Shown here: positions 1 through 9,201 of the stretch, one piece after another
Numbering within the stretch: position 1 is the first letter of the stretch
Layout: every line of letters starts with the position of its first letter
The notes under the pieces: generated by a model
Seen by the model: only the letters and a program-made list of their open reading frames with translations
Told to the model about the DNA's origin: nothing
Databases searched by the model: none
IMG/VR virus record: IMGVR_UViG_3300044557_000138
Coordinates: 1 to 36,837 of that record
Strand: one strand, 5' to 3'
Source: a virus
Length of the DNA stretch: 36,837 nt
Made by a program: the position numbers and the translations under genes

Positions 1-320
1 AGCAGTCGTCCCTGCGAGTCGACCACGGCCCGCAGATACTCCGGATTGTTCTCGTAGCTTCCATAGGCGTCACGCACCTGCCGGGGCACGCCAACGCCGA
101 AACGCATGTCACCGTCGCGTGTCACCCCATACAGCAGTCGTCCCTGCGAGTCGACCACGGCCCGCAGATACTCCGGATTGTTCTCGTAGCTTCCATAGGC
201 GTCACGCACCTGCCGGGGCACGCCAACGCCGAAACGCATGTCACCGTCGCGTGTCACCCCATACAGCAGTCGTCCCTGCGAGTCGACCACGGCCCGCAGA
301 TACTCCGGATTGTTCTCGTA
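1..320. repeat. 132-bp tandem repeat, 2 full copies plus 56 nt (other end of the array at 36447..36837)
   Basis: Copies starting at 1 and 133 are letter-identical. The copy starting at 265 is identical through ctcgta (320) and then diverges. Confidence 0.95.
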
Positions 321-662
321 TCCGCCCAGTTTCGCGGCGTCGTCGACGGCCTTCTGCTGGTCGGGCGTGAGGGCCTGCGCCTGGTAGACGCCGCCCTTGG
401 TCCATGTCACTCCGTTCCAGTAGTACAGGTGCCAGTCCGAGGCGAGCACGTAGGCCGCGTCGTCGCCCGTGGGGTGCGCGGCCTGCAGATCGGCGATGGT
501 CGGGTACACCTTGGGCGCGCCGCTGGCATTCTCCGCCGACTGCTTCGCGTCCCGGGCGGCCGCCACGGCCTCGTCCCTGGCCTGCGAGGCGGCGGGCGTC
601 ACGTCGCCCATGGGCCCGGGGATGGCGACGGTACGTTTGTCGATGATCTGATCCACGTTCAT
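1..662 (-). CDS. Tail fibre / receptor-binding protein with C-terminal SGNH esterase, N-terminal segment. The ORF leaves the left edge and is completed by 36837..35642 after circular closure.
   Basis: Hand translation from ATG 662..660 (AAGGAG at 672..667) gives MNVDQIIDKRTVAIPGPMGDV...KLGGYENNPEYLRAVVDSQGRLLYGVTRDGDM..., open down to base 1. Same 44-aa repeat and phase as ORF 35642..36835. Absent from the ORF track because it has no in-window stop. Confidence 0.8.
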   Translation of the reverse strand, partial: MNVDQIIDKRTVAIPGPMGDVTPAASQARDEAVAAARDAKQSAENASGAPKVYPTIADLQAAHPTGDDAAYVLASDWHLYYWNGVTWTKGGVYQAQALTPDQQKAVDDAAKLGGYENNPEYLRAVVDSQGRLLYGVTRDGDMRFGVGVPRQVRDAYGSYENNPEYLRAVVDSQGRLLYGVTRDGDMRFGVGVPRQVRDAYGSYENNPEYLRAVVDSQGRL

Positions 663-680
663 ATTGCTCCTTGATTTAAG

Positions 681-1031
681 CTATGCGAGATGCCAGTACC
701 CGGAGCCGAGAAGCTCCGTGATGTCGTTCTTGGATGCGGTCATGCGCCACTCGCCGGTATGGCGAGCCGCCCAGTTCGGGTCCTTGAACGCGTCGGGTGG
801 GATGTACACGGCGGCGACCCCGTCGATACCGTGAGCGTCGCAGGCGCGGGAGTACACGACATCCTCCGAGCCAGGCAGCAGAAGCTCGAATGTGCACATA
901 TAGTCGGTGAGGTCCACGGGCTGGAAGCCCGAACCTGAATCACGCTGCCATCTGACCGCCAGACTATTGGTGATGCCGCGTAGCAGCAGGATGTCACCGC
1001 GACCAGCGGTCTCTGCCAGTACTCCGCTCAT
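681..1031 (-). CDS. Hypothetical tail-region protein (116 aa)
   Basis: ORF track. Stop lies 18 nt upstream of the fibre ATG, within the fibre gene cluster. No motif recognised. Confidence 0.6.
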   Translation of the reverse strand: MSGVLAETAGRGDILLLRGITNSLAVRWQRDSGSGFQPVDLTDYMCTFELLLPGSEDVVYSRACDAHGIDGVAAVYIPPDAFKDPNWAARHTGEWRMTASKNDITELLGSGYWHLA

Positions 1032-1041
1032 GATGGTCTCC

Positions 1042-1698
1042 TTATACGTAGTAGATGACGGTGAACCAGCTCGTGATGTTCCTGACGAGCGCCGATCCGA
1101 CGCCGGTGGCGATGCGGATGGTGTATGAGTGGTTCTCGGTGACGGTCTGGCTGAAACTCAGGCCGTTGGCGGGCAGGATGTCCGGGATCGTCATGAGACT
1201 GACGAGGGTGCCGTCCTCGTAGATCTCCAGGAACGGGGTCGCGCCCGAGTCGGTGGTGGAGGCCGTGGCGCTGATCGCGACGAACGCGCGCGTCTTGCCC
1301 GCGGGGATCGCGATGCCGTACGTGTGCAGCGTGTTCGGCGTGGTGCCCGCCTGCGCGCTGCCCGTGGACTGCGTGCGCCCCTCGGGCTGCGGCGTGCGTC
1401 GGACCATCTCCGTCTGCTGGTCCGCCAGCGCCTGCTGCTGTTTGGCGAGCTGATCCTGCAGCGCCTTCAACTGCTCCTGCTGCTCGTAGCGCTGCTGGTT
1501 GAGGGCGCGCAGTTTGGCGGTGATCTGCCCGATCTCCGTGCCGGTGGGCCGGTTCGCCTCGCTTTTCTCACGCTCCCGCGTCTCGGCGGCGCGTTGGGAG
1601 GTGAGGATCATGTCCGCAGTGCCCGGCGCGTACCGGCGCTCCGGCGTCCAATCGTCATCAGCCACCGGGGTATCGGTCGTTGTGGTGGTGTCGCTCAT
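1042..1698 (-). CDS. Coiled-coil fibre-like protein with beta-rich C-terminal head (218 aa)
   Basis: Track ORF 1042..2052 trimmed to ATG 1698 (MSDTTTTTDTP...), which forms an ATGA overlap with the stop of 1695..2813. Q/L-rich heptad-like stretch LRALNQQRYEQQEQLKALQDQLAKQQQALADQQ, then a beta-rich C-terminus. Confidence 0.65.
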   Translation of the reverse strand: MSDTTTTTDTPVADDDWTPERRYAPGTADMILTSQRAAETREREKSEANRPTGTEIGQITAKLRALNQQRYEQQEQLKALQDQLAKQQQALADQQTEMVRRTPQPEGRTQSTGSAQAGTTPNTLHTYGIAIPAGKTRAFVAISATASTTDSGATPFLEIYEDGTLVSLMTIPDILPANGLSFSQTVTENHSYTIRIATGVGSALVRNITSWFTVIYYV

Positions 1699-2813
1699 GA
1701 CCGCTCCCTGCATTGGATGGTGCGCCAATCCGAGTCCGCGGACCCGGATACGTCGGTGACTTTGAGTTTCAGGAGCCTGCGGCCAAGGTAGTCGTCCTCG
1801 ACGCGCAGGTCGAGGTGGTCGCCCACATGCGGGTCGTGTTCCTCGCCGAGCAGCACCTCGTACGTCTCCGACGGCCACGCGCCCAACGCGGCCTGGGTGC
1901 GCGCGTAGGTGCGCAGGGTCTTGAGGACGCTCACGGTGGTGTGCTCCGTGTTCGAGGATTGCAGGAACGGCATGGCGGAGTCTCGGTATGGGGCGGGCAG
2001 GGTGGCCCGGGTCATGACGGTCTTGTCGTCGTTCTTGCCTCCAGCCGCCCACACCTGGACGGTCAACGGGCTGCCGTCCTCATCGGAATTGGAGAGCATG
2101 GCCCGCACGCCCGGCAGCGTCGCGTTGAGACTCAGCTCGTGATCCACCAGCTCAGTCGCGGACTCCAGGGTGAACGACAGGCGGCCGGTCGTGTCGAGCG
2201 TGGGCGTGAACCGGTATTCCTGGGCGTTCTCGAGATTGGCGAGGTCGCGGATCCTGTCCGCGCACGTGGTCAGATCCCAGCCCCCGTACGTGCGGGTGAA
2301 CGACCCACCCTGCAACGGTGGCAGAGTGAATGGCAACGGCCCCCACTTGAGGGTCTCCTCGATCAGTCCGCATGCGATGTCGCGATACGAGCCGGTGATG
2401 GTCAAGGCCCAGTCGCCGGCGGGGTGATCCTCGTCCACCAGCACATCGCCCTCACGGAAGCTCTTATCCAATCCGTGGTTGAGCACGAGACGCTTGCCGA
2501 GCAGCGTCCAGCCTCCCCCGCACGTGAAGCTCAGCTTGCGGCTCCTCGCATCCCATTTGCGGCCCGTGACGGGACCCGCGTGCAGGATACGCTGCCCGTA
2601 TTGCACGGCGAGGATCACCCGCCACGGACGCAACGCGTCATGCAGATTTAATCCGTTCACGGTGAGATCGCGTGCGGTCGAGTTGAATGTGATGTCGACG
2701 TTCAACTGTCCGGGTTCGTTGATGGAATCCGACCACGTGCACGCCGTGTATGGCAAACGGGTCAGGTGAGCGCCCGTCACCGCATTGTAGGCGTGCACCG
2801 TCAATCCACGCAT
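1695..2813 (-). CDS. Minor tail protein at the Tal position (372 aa)
   Basis: ORF track. Lies directly after the Dit-like gene, as in siphovirus tail modules. No enzymatic motif seen. Confidence 0.6.
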   Translation of the reverse strand: MRGLTVHAYNAVTGAHLTRLPYTACTWSDSINEPGQLNVDITFNSTARDLTVNGLNLHDALRPWRVILAVQYGQRILHAGPVTGRKWDARSRKLSFTCGGGWTLLGKRLVLNHGLDKSFREGDVLVDEDHPAGDWALTITGSYRDIACGLIEETLKWGPLPFTLPPLQGGSFTRTYGGWDLTTCADRIRDLANLENAQEYRFTPTLDTTGRLSFTLESATELVDHELSLNATLPGVRAMLSNSDEDGSPLTVQVWAAGGKNDDKTVMTRATLPAPYRDSAMPFLQSSNTEHTTVSVLKTLRTYARTQAALGAWPSETYEVLLGEEHDPHVGDHLDLRVEDDYLGRRLLKLKVTDVSGSADSDWRTIQCRERS

Positions 2814-2820
2814 GGGCGCC

Positions 2821-3549
2821 TCACTTCCAACACGATCGGACCATCAGCGAAGCCTGACCCGCATCGACGTTCACGGACACGCTGCTGCGGCCAGGCGGGA
2901 TGGGGAACGCGTCATCCAGGGTGACAAGCCCCTGCGAAGGCTGCATGTCGGCGAAGTCCAAGGTCAACGGGCTTGTGGAGCCTTGCCAGATGACCGCCTG
3001 GTCACCCAGGGAGCAGGTCAGACGTGAGACGCCCGACGCATGGACGATGGGCCATGTTGGCGCGTTACCTGTGTTCTCCACAAGCGCCACACCATTAGCC
3101 GCGGGGTATTCCAGCCAGGGACCGTACTTGTGCGGATCCGGGCAGTGCACGATCAGCGAACAGTCGAATCCCTGCTCGCCCCACCTCATCGTCGGCTCCG
3201 GATCATCCGCGAGCGCCCCGGTGAGTGTCCGTTCGCCGTGCGCGTCGTGGACGATGAGGGTGAGCGGTCTGCCGAGCAGGTCGCAGAGTCGGTCGGTGAG
3301 GGCGGCGTTGTCGACGCTGCTGTGTCGTTTGGCGGTGATGTCGATGGTGATGTCGCGCGCTTTTTGGGTGAAACGGCTGGGCCAGTATTCGCCGTCCTGT
3401 TGGGGTTTCGACTCGAAGGAATCCTTGTAACCCGGGGTGCCGTGGAGTCCTTTGATGCCGTTCTTGCGGATGCCGAGGATGCCGTCCGGCCTAATCCAGT
3501 GGTCGGACAGGGTGATGGTGTCGACGTCGCTTTGGATAGTGATGCGCAT
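2821..3549 (-). CDS. Distal tail protein (Dit)-like siphovirus tail component (242 aa)
   Basis: ORF track. Immediately downstream of the tape measure gene; size and position are typical of Dit. Confidence 0.6.
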   Translation of the reverse strand: MRITIQSDVDTITLSDHWIRPDGILGIRKNGIKGLHGTPGYKDSFESKPQQDGEYWPSRFTQKARDITIDITAKRHSSVDNAALTDRLCDLLGRPLTLIVHDAHGERTLTGALADDPEPTMRWGEQGFDCSLIVHCPDPHKYGPWLEYPAANGVALVENTGNAPTWPIVHASGVSRLTCSLGDQAVIWQGSTSPLTLDFADMQPSQGLVTLDDAFPIPPGRSSVSVNVDAGQASLMVRSCWK

Positions 3550-3552
3550 GGT

Positions 3553-6500
3553 CTACCACCTGTCCACTGCTGCTTTAGTGCGTGCGCTCCATATGTCGAG
3601 CACCGTGTCAGGGTCGGTGCCGCGCGCGTCGATTTTGGTGGTGACGGTCACGGTTTTGCCGAATGACCCTGAATTTAAGTTGGTACGCAATCTCGATGAA
3701 TCGTACTGTATACTTCCTGTCCGATTCATTTGGTTGAGGTTATCGATGCCGATGCGTTTCGCCGCCCACGCGCGCACGACATACTCCTGGTCGGACAGCA
3801 TCGTGGGGATACTGTCGCTCGTGGTCGTGCCCGGACCCATCACATACCCGCTGGGGCCGCCGGCAGCCAGGTGTTGGACTACACCACCTTCTGACCGGCG
3901 AACCAGACCGCCCGTAGAGTAGCCGAAAGCGGCTTTGACTTTGCCCCAGGCGTTGCCGACGAGGTTCGCGAAGAAGTTCGTCGTGTGGCTTTGCGGCACC
4001 GACCGCACGGCGCTGCTCGCGCTGCTTGCGCTCGACCAGATGCCACCGCTGTCGCCGCCGAAACCCGTATGGTGGTAGCCGGGCACGGACCTGATGTCGC
4101 CGCGTGCGCCTCCCGACGCGCCCGATACGCCACCATGGTCGCCACCGAAACCCGTGTGGTGATACCCCGGTACTGAGTAGATGGATCCCTTGGCTCCGTT
4201 TGAGGCGTTGTTGACGCCGTTTTTGTCGCCTCCGAATCCGGTGTGGTGGTAGCCGGGCACGGTTTTGATGGCGGCGCAGGAGCCGTTGACGACGTCTCGT
4301 ACGCCTTTGTTGCCGCCGGTGAGCTCGGTGTGGTGGCCTTTCGGGACCGCGTCGATATCACTGTGTGCCTTCTTGGCTTTGCTGACGGCATCATTGTTGT
4401 CGGCGGTGAGTAGTGACTTGACCTCCTTCGGGAGCTTGTCGTAGTTGATGTGCAGGTTGTTGGTATCACCGTTGGCCTGTGCGGTGAGCGCGTTCATGAC
4501 CGTGGTCTTCTGCTTCGGGGTCAGGTTGAGCGTGTCGAGATACGCTTGGACCTGACCTTTGGTCATGGCGGAGTTCTCCGTGATCTTCGTGCCGACGTTG
4601 CCGGGGATGAGTCCGAGCGTGTCCGCATAGGCGCCGGCCTGCTGTTCACTCATGCCCATGCTTTCCAGCGTCTGCATGAGCTGGTCGCGCATCTGCTGGA
4701 CTTCGTTCTTCGCCGCCTGCGTTGACTGCGCCATGGTGCCGTTGGCTTTCCCGTAGGCGAGCTGCTGCTGCACATTGGCCATGAGGGAATCCGTGGCCGA
4801 CTGGATTGCCTGGCTGCTCGCATCGGTCAGACCCTTGTTGTTCGACAGGTCGTCACCATTGGCTTTGAGCGTCGTGGACAGCTCGGAGAACTTCGACTGC
4901 ACCATAGAGGATGCCGAACTGATGCCCTGCGCGGTGGTGGAATAGTCGACCATCGCCTTGATGGTTTCCTTATAGGAGTCGCGCAGGCCTGACACGGTGT
5001 CCTTGATGGACTGCATCTTGGCCTTATACGTGCCGTTGATGGTGATACCGCTTCCGGCCGCATCGTTCAGCTGCTTCAACGCGCCGGAGTTACCTTCGAC
5101 CGCCTGTTGCACGGTGGACAGACTCGTGCCCGTGTCCCTGAGAAGAGCGGAGAGATTCGAGTCCTTGCCGAAGCTCGAGAGCTTGTCGATGAAACCTAGG
5201 TCACCGGTTTTGCCGGATTGCACGCTGCTCCAGAACGCGGTAGTGCTTTCCGCGCCACCACGCATCGCCTGACTGAACGCATCCGTCGTGGCCTTCGACT
5301 TCTCCTGCTGGTCGGCCATCGTCGCGAGATACCCGGTGACACCAAGGGCCGCGGCACCGAACATGACGCCCGCCGCGCTGAAACCGCCGACCGAAGATGA
5401 AAGCACGCCGGTCTTACCCGCGGCCCCTGCGGCCTTGGCACCGACCTGCTCTACTTTGCCTGCGGTGTGACCGAGACTCCCGGCGGCGGATTCGGCATTG
5501 CCCGCGGCGTCGGCCAGGGTGTCGGACAGCCCTGTGATGGCCTGCGTCTTCGACAGACGCTTCGACACCAGGTCGCCGATGGCACCGGATACCGAGCCGA
5601 TGCCGCCGGTCACGGTCTTGAGGATGTTGACAACGCCGCTGATCGGCGTGATGACGCTGCGCATCTGACCACCGAACAACACTGTCGCCGCGATGCCGGT
5701 CTGCACCGGCTGAGGCAGACGCTCGAATGTCTTGATGAGATCAGCGAGAATCGGCAGCACCGGCCGTACAAGATTCAACGTGGAACTTAACCCGTTGAGT
5801 CCGCGGTTGAGCAGGGAGAATCCCGAGTTCGCGCCCGTGAACGTCGACTTAACCGGTGAAACCGCGTCGATGACCTGCTTGACGCCACCAAGGATTCCCG
5901 AGAACGAGTCGAGCAGACGGTTCATGGTCGCGTCATCGATGTGGAATGCGGTCTGGAATGCTTTGGCGAACTGGTGCTTCTCCACCATGCCGCTGACGGA
6001 ATCCCAGGTCTTCGTGAACCATGAGGTGAACCCGGACAGTTTGTCCGTCGCGAAGTTGATGGCGCCGGTCAGCTGCGGTTTCAACGCGGTCAGCACGCTC
6101 TGGCCGAACCCGGTGACGGCGGCATGCCAGTTTCCGATGGCCCCTTCGAACGTGCTCGTCGACTGAGCGGCCTGCTTAGCCGCATCGGTCATGCCGAGAT
6201 CCATGATCGCCTTGTTGAATTCGTCGGCGGTGATCTGGCCCTTGGCCATCGCGTCACGGAAATTACCCGTGTAAGCGCCGTTCTTCTTCATCGCCTCCTG
6301 GAGCTTGCCGGAGGCTCCAGGGATGGCGTCGGCCATCTGATTCCAGTTTTCGGTCGTGAGCTTGCCCGCGCCGGCGGTCTGCGTGAGCACCATGCCCACG
6401 CTTTTGAACGTGTCGGCGTTGCCGCCCGCCACGGCATTGAGATTGCCGGCCGCTTCCGCGAGATCCCCATATCCTTTGACGCCGTTCGCCGCGAGCTGCG

Positions 6501-7350
6501 AGGTGACATTGCGGATGTCAGCGATGTCATACACGGTCAGATCTGCGTACCGTTGCGTGCTCTTGATGAGTTTTTCGATCGTGCCGTTGTCGATCTTCGC
6601 GAAATCGAGCGTGCTGCGGAACTTATCGGTGGAGTCCGAGGCGTCCATGGCGCTCGATGCCATGCCCGAGAACAATCCCATTATGCGTTGTGCGCCGGCT
6701 TGCGCGATGCCAGCGACGACGCCCCATTTGACGCTGAAGCGATTGAGATTGCCGGTTACGTTGTCGACCTTCTCGCGGTCAAGGCTCTTGACGCTGCTTC
6801 TGATCCGGTCGATGGCCCGCGTGAACAGGCTGGTCTTCGGAGCCTCCACCGGCCCAGTCTTCACGTCGGCGACGGCCTGCTTCGCGTTCTTCAACCGCTC
6901 CTGGGCAGTGGTGAGCGTCTGACTGGCTGTCTGCTCCCTGCGCTGGGCGGACGCGAGGCGTTCGGATGCTGCTATCGCCTGAGAGGATCCCTCGCCATAC
7001 TTGGCGACAGCCTCGTTGAGCTTCGCCTGTGCCACACGCACGCTACCGGCGGCATCCTGCTGCTTGAGCAGTGCGGAGGACATGGAGCGGGCCGCGGACG
7101 ACACCTCGCTCTTGAGCCTTCCCATCGCCTTGGAGCCGAGATCGCCCGTGGACCCATCGAACGACGTCTTGAGATTACGGCCGAGCTCGTTGCCGGTCTT
7201 CGAACCCACACCCTTGAAGAGACGCGAGAACAGGCTCGAGGACTCCTCGCCCGCGCTCTGAGTCTCCTTGAGGACGGTGGAGCGGAATCCCTTCATGGTC
7301 GCGAAAATACTCACATGACCGGTGCCGAGTTCTGCTCCGTTCGCCATCAT
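3553..7350 (-). CDS. Tail tape measure protein (1265 aa)
   Basis: Largest ORF. A/G/S/T/Q-rich and helical in style; follows the G/G-T chaperones. ATG 7350 forms an ATGA overlap with the T-ORF stop; GGAGGTGA at 7358..7351. Confidence 0.9.
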   Translation of the reverse strand: MMANGAELGTGHVSIFATMKGFRSTVLKETQSAGEESSSLFSRLFKGVGSKTGNELGRNLKTSFDGSTGDLGSKAMGRLKSEVSSAARSMSSALLKQQDAAGSVRVAQAKLNEAVAKYGEGSSQAIAASERLASAQRREQTASQTLTTAQERLKNAKQAVADVKTGPVEAPKTSLFTRAIDRIRSSVKSLDREKVDNVTGNLNRFSVKWGVVAGIAQAGAQRIMGLFSGMASSAMDASDSTDKFRSTLDFAKIDNGTIEKLIKSTQRYADLTVYDIADIRNVTSQLAANGVKGYGDLAEAAGNLNAVAGGNADTFKSVGMVLTQTAGAGKLTTENWNQMADAIPGASGKLQEAMKKNGAYTGNFRDAMAKGQITADEFNKAIMDLGMTDAAKQAAQSTSTFEGAIGNWHAAVTGFGQSVLTALKPQLTGAINFATDKLSGFTSWFTKTWDSVSGMVEKHQFAKAFQTAFHIDDATMNRLLDSFSGILGGVKQVIDAVSPVKSTFTGANSGFSLLNRGLNGLSSTLNLVRPVLPILADLIKTFERLPQPVQTGIAATVLFGGQMRSVITPISGVVNILKTVTGGIGSVSGAIGDLVSKRLSKTQAITGLSDTLADAAGNAESAAGSLGHTAGKVEQVGAKAAGAAGKTGVLSSSVGGFSAAGVMFGAAALGVTGYLATMADQQEKSKATTDAFSQAMRGGAESTTAFWSSVQSGKTGDLGFIDKLSSFGKDSNLSALLRDTGTSLSTVQQAVEGNSGALKQLNDAAGSGITINGTYKAKMQSIKDTVSGLRDSYKETIKAMVDYSTTAQGISSASSMVQSKFSELSTTLKANGDDLSNNKGLTDASSQAIQSATDSLMANVQQQLAYGKANGTMAQSTQAAKNEVQQMRDQLMQTLESMGMSEQQAGAYADTLGLIPGNVGTKITENSAMTKGQVQAYLDTLNLTPKQKTTVMNALTAQANGDTNNLHINYDKLPKEVKSLLTADNNDAVSKAKKAHSDIDAVPKGHHTELTGGNKGVRDVVNGSCAAIKTVPGYHHTGFGGDKNGVNNASNGAKGSIYSVPGYHHTGFGGDHGGVSGASGGARGDIRSVPGYHHTGFGGDSGGIWSSASSASSAVRSVPQSHTTNFFANLVGNAWGKVKAAFGYSTGGLVRRSEGGVVQHLAAGGPSGYVMGPGTTTSDSIPTMLSDQEYVVRAWAAKRIGIDNLNQMNRTGSIQYDSSRLRTNLNSGSFGKTVTVTTKIDARGTDPDTVLDIWSARTKAAVDRW
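3971..4347. repeat. In-frame repeat of about 87 nt (29 aa) near the tape-measure C-terminus, encoding VPGYHHTGFGGD motifs
   Basis: Three close copies of SVPGYHHTGFGGD..G....GA.G.I (DNA cores near 4051, 4138 and 4225, 87 nt apart), plus degenerate flanking copies AVPKGHHTELTGG and SVPQSHTTNFF. Confidence 0.8.
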
Positions 7351-8053
7351 TCACCTCCGATGATCATTTCGTCCATGGCCAGCATGCCGGCGGCCATTGT
7401 CTCTTCGTCCGACGGTTCGTCGGACGGCGGATGGTAGGGGAGCAGGGATTGCGGTATCCCCTCGCGTAGGAGCCGCAGGTAATCCGGCCACGCCATGGGA
7501 TATGCGAAATCGTTGTGTTTCGCGCCCGTCATGGTGCCCGTGTCGGACAGGAGGGATGCGTACAGTGCGATCGCATCCCCGTAGCGCAGCCGGTCTCCCA
7601 CGTCCGTGGTCAGCGACCAGCCGAGTCGGGCGAAGTCCGCCGCTACTTCGCTGCGGGCCTCTTTGACTTGCCGGCGGAAGGCGAATATTTTCCCAGGCTC
7701 GCCAACTGCACCTTCTCGATGACGTCGGCGTACTTGTCGGCGATGCCGAGCAGCACGACCGACGGCTCAGCTTTGATGGTGTCGACCTGCTCCCGGTTCG
7801 CTTTGACCAGCAGCATGCGGATCTGCTCCACCGGCGTCATGTTCTCATCCGCCCCATCGAAATCACCGTCCGTGAGGTTCAGGGGAAGCCTGTACGTGTG
7901 ATCCGTGTACGTCCGTGCGAACAGGCTCGGATAACGTACGATATAGCGGCTGCGGGCCGATTCTCCCGCCTTGAGGATCTCATCGTCGAGGCTTTTCTCG
8001 TCCGCATGGACGAAATCGAGGTCGGTGGGTATGGTTTGCGTATGGTCACTCAT
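7347..8053 (-). CDS. Tail assembly chaperone G-T fusion made by a -1 programmed frameshift
   Basis: ORF 7347..7601 is in the -1 frame relative to 7643..8053. Reading from the GGGAAAA slip site in the -1 frame is open (GKIFAFRRQVKEARSEVAADFARLGWSLTTDVGDRLRYG...) into the 84-aa track ORF. Confidence 0.75.
7643..8053 (-). CDS. Tail assembly chaperone (G-like, 136 aa)
   Basis: ORF track. Lies between the major tail and tape measure genes; acidic protein. Canonical G/T arrangement. Confidence 0.8.
   Translation of the reverse strand: MSDHTQTIPTDLDFVHADEKSLDDEILKAGESARSRYIVRYPSLFARTYTDHTYRLPLNLTDGDFDGADENMTPVEQIRMLLVKANREQVDTIKAEPSVVLLGIADKYADVIEKVQLASLGKYSPSAGKSKRPAAK
7688..7694 (-). promoter_or_regulatory. 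-1 slippery heptamer G GGA AAA
   Basis: Plus strand ttttccc at 7688-7694. In the zero frame the codons are ctG GGA AAA, matching the X XXY YYZ pattern, 15 codons before the G stop. Confidence 0.75.
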
Positions 8054-8148
8054 GGTTCACTCCATTGGTTGTTCCTCCCACTCATATGATCCCCGTAAGG
8101 GGCCCGTCCGCAGGCTGAGTGAGAGACCCACGGACGGGAGAATAAAGG

Positions 8149-8748
8149 TCAGCCCTGCGTGGCCGGCTTCGGAACGGCGGGGCCGAACTGCTTGTAGGGC
8201 GACCCTTTGAACAGCGGATCCTCCTGCCATTTGAGCGTGATCTTCACACCCGGGTTCTCACCACGGGAATCCTGACCGGGCTCGACCTTGGTGACCTGGG
8301 CGACGCCGTTGCGACGACGCTCCACGCCACCGTCACGGTACTTGACCAGTTCGCTGAGTATGATGCGGGCCGCGGGCAGCGAGGAATCGACGTAGATGAT
8401 GCCATTGGCATCCGGCGTCTTGCCTTCGGTGAGCTGGAGCACGGCGGGATTGTCCTCCGCTGCGGTCACCTCGACCGTACGGGTCGCGTCGCCGGGCTTC
8501 TCATAGCCCTTCTGCCAGAATTCGGTCGCATCCTCCTGGTCGATGGACGTCTGCGGCGCACCATCCTTCTTCATCAGACCGAGCGTCTTGTAGGCGGCGG
8601 GCAGTTTCAGCGGCGTCGCGCCGAGATCGGCATCGGCGATGACGTTGGCCGCATCATAGGGCGCGAACGCCAATGCTCCTCCGATGGGGATGTTGACCTT
8701 GCTGAGGTCGTTGCCGGCGGTGTCGGCGGTGGGTATGGGGTCTACCAT
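8149..8748 (-). CDS. Major tail protein (199 aa)
   Basis: ORF track. Position between the tail-terminator-like gene and the chaperones; typical size. Confidence 0.7.
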   Translation of the reverse strand: MVDPIPTADTAGNDLSKVNIPIGGALAFAPYDAANVIADADLGATPLKLPAAYKTLGLMKKDGAPQTSIDQEDATEFWQKGYEKPGDATRTVEVTAAEDNPAVLQLTEGKTPDANGIIYVDSSLPAARIILSELVKYRDGGVERRRNGVAQVTKVEPGQDSRGENPGVKITLKWQEDPLFKGSPYKQFGPAVPKPATQG

Positions 8749-8790
8749 GGTTTACTCCTTGGTTGATGCCATCCGGTTTGGATGGTCGGG

Positions 8791-9201
8791 TTATTGGATG
8801 ACGCCGACGACCGTGTATTCGACGGTGAGGTATCGGCGCGCATAGTCGTGGTCGTCGGAGACCCCGTAGGGTCCCCGGCATCCCGTTTCCGTCGTGTCGC
8901 AGACCGGTGAGGTGGCGTCGTCGATGATGTCGGGCGAGGTCAGATGCGCGTAGACGAGTCGGGCGAGATCGTTCGCCGGCCTGTCGTTGGTTTTCGACCC
9001 GGCCAGGACGGTGACGCCAAGAGACCGGTCGAAGGTGCGCATGTCGAGTTGCGGGCCGCCGTCATCACGGATGACGACCAACGGTTGGGAGAGCGGCGTC
9101 GAAAGGTCGTCGGGCTCCTTGTTGGTCACACGCACGCCATTCAGGCGAGCGCGCAGCCATGTGGTGAGCCAGAGTTCCATGTCGGGTGGCAGGTAGATCA
9201 T
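8791..9201 (-). CDS. Tail terminator / tail completion-like protein (136 aa)
   Basis: ORF track. Last of four head-tail joining genes before the major tail gene; ATGA overlap with the upstream gene. Confidence 0.5.
   Translation of the reverse strand: MIYLPPDMELWLTTWLRARLNGVRVTNKEPDDLSTPLSQPLVVIRDDGGPQLDMRTFDRSLGVTVLAGSKTNDRPANDLARLVYAHLTSPDIIDDATSPVCDTTETGCRGPYGVSDDHDYARRYLTVEYTVVGVIQ

Noticed and set aside
1-320. The 132-bp repeats as a CRISPR array or a DGR template/variable repeat pair
   Set aside because: The units are contiguous with no spacers, in frame within a coding sequence, and identical rather than A-mutated. No cas gene or reverse transcriptase gene occurs in the window.
119-674. 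Plus-strand ORFs 119..370, 404..646, 429..674 and 469..651 (Arg/Pro-rich)
   Set aside because: They are antisense to a clean minus-strand ORF that has an RBS, an ATG and repeat continuity with the window end. Their composition is typical of spurious high-GC reading frames.
681-2813. An invertase-driven shufflon at the receptor-binding genes
   Set aside because: No serine invertase or any other recombinase gene lies near the fibre genes, and I could not see inverted repeat pairs there by eye. This is a weak negative, since a systematic inverted-repeat search was not possible.
6124-7437. Long plus-strand ORFs antisense to structural genes (e.g. 6124..7437 at 437 aa, 34396..35616 at 406 aa, 1713..2651 at 312 aa)
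   Set aside because: They overlap convincing minus-strand genes (tape measure, LRR-like, Tal-like), lack RBSs and have Arg/Gly/Ala-biased composition. These are high-GC shadow ORFs.
8091-8138. Hairpins after the major tail gene (CCCC gtaa GGGG, and CCCGTCCG...CGGACGGG with a 20-nt loop) as a terminator
   Set aside because: No U-tract follows on the minus strand, and the large loop makes it at best an attenuator or RNA-stability element. Not called as a feature.
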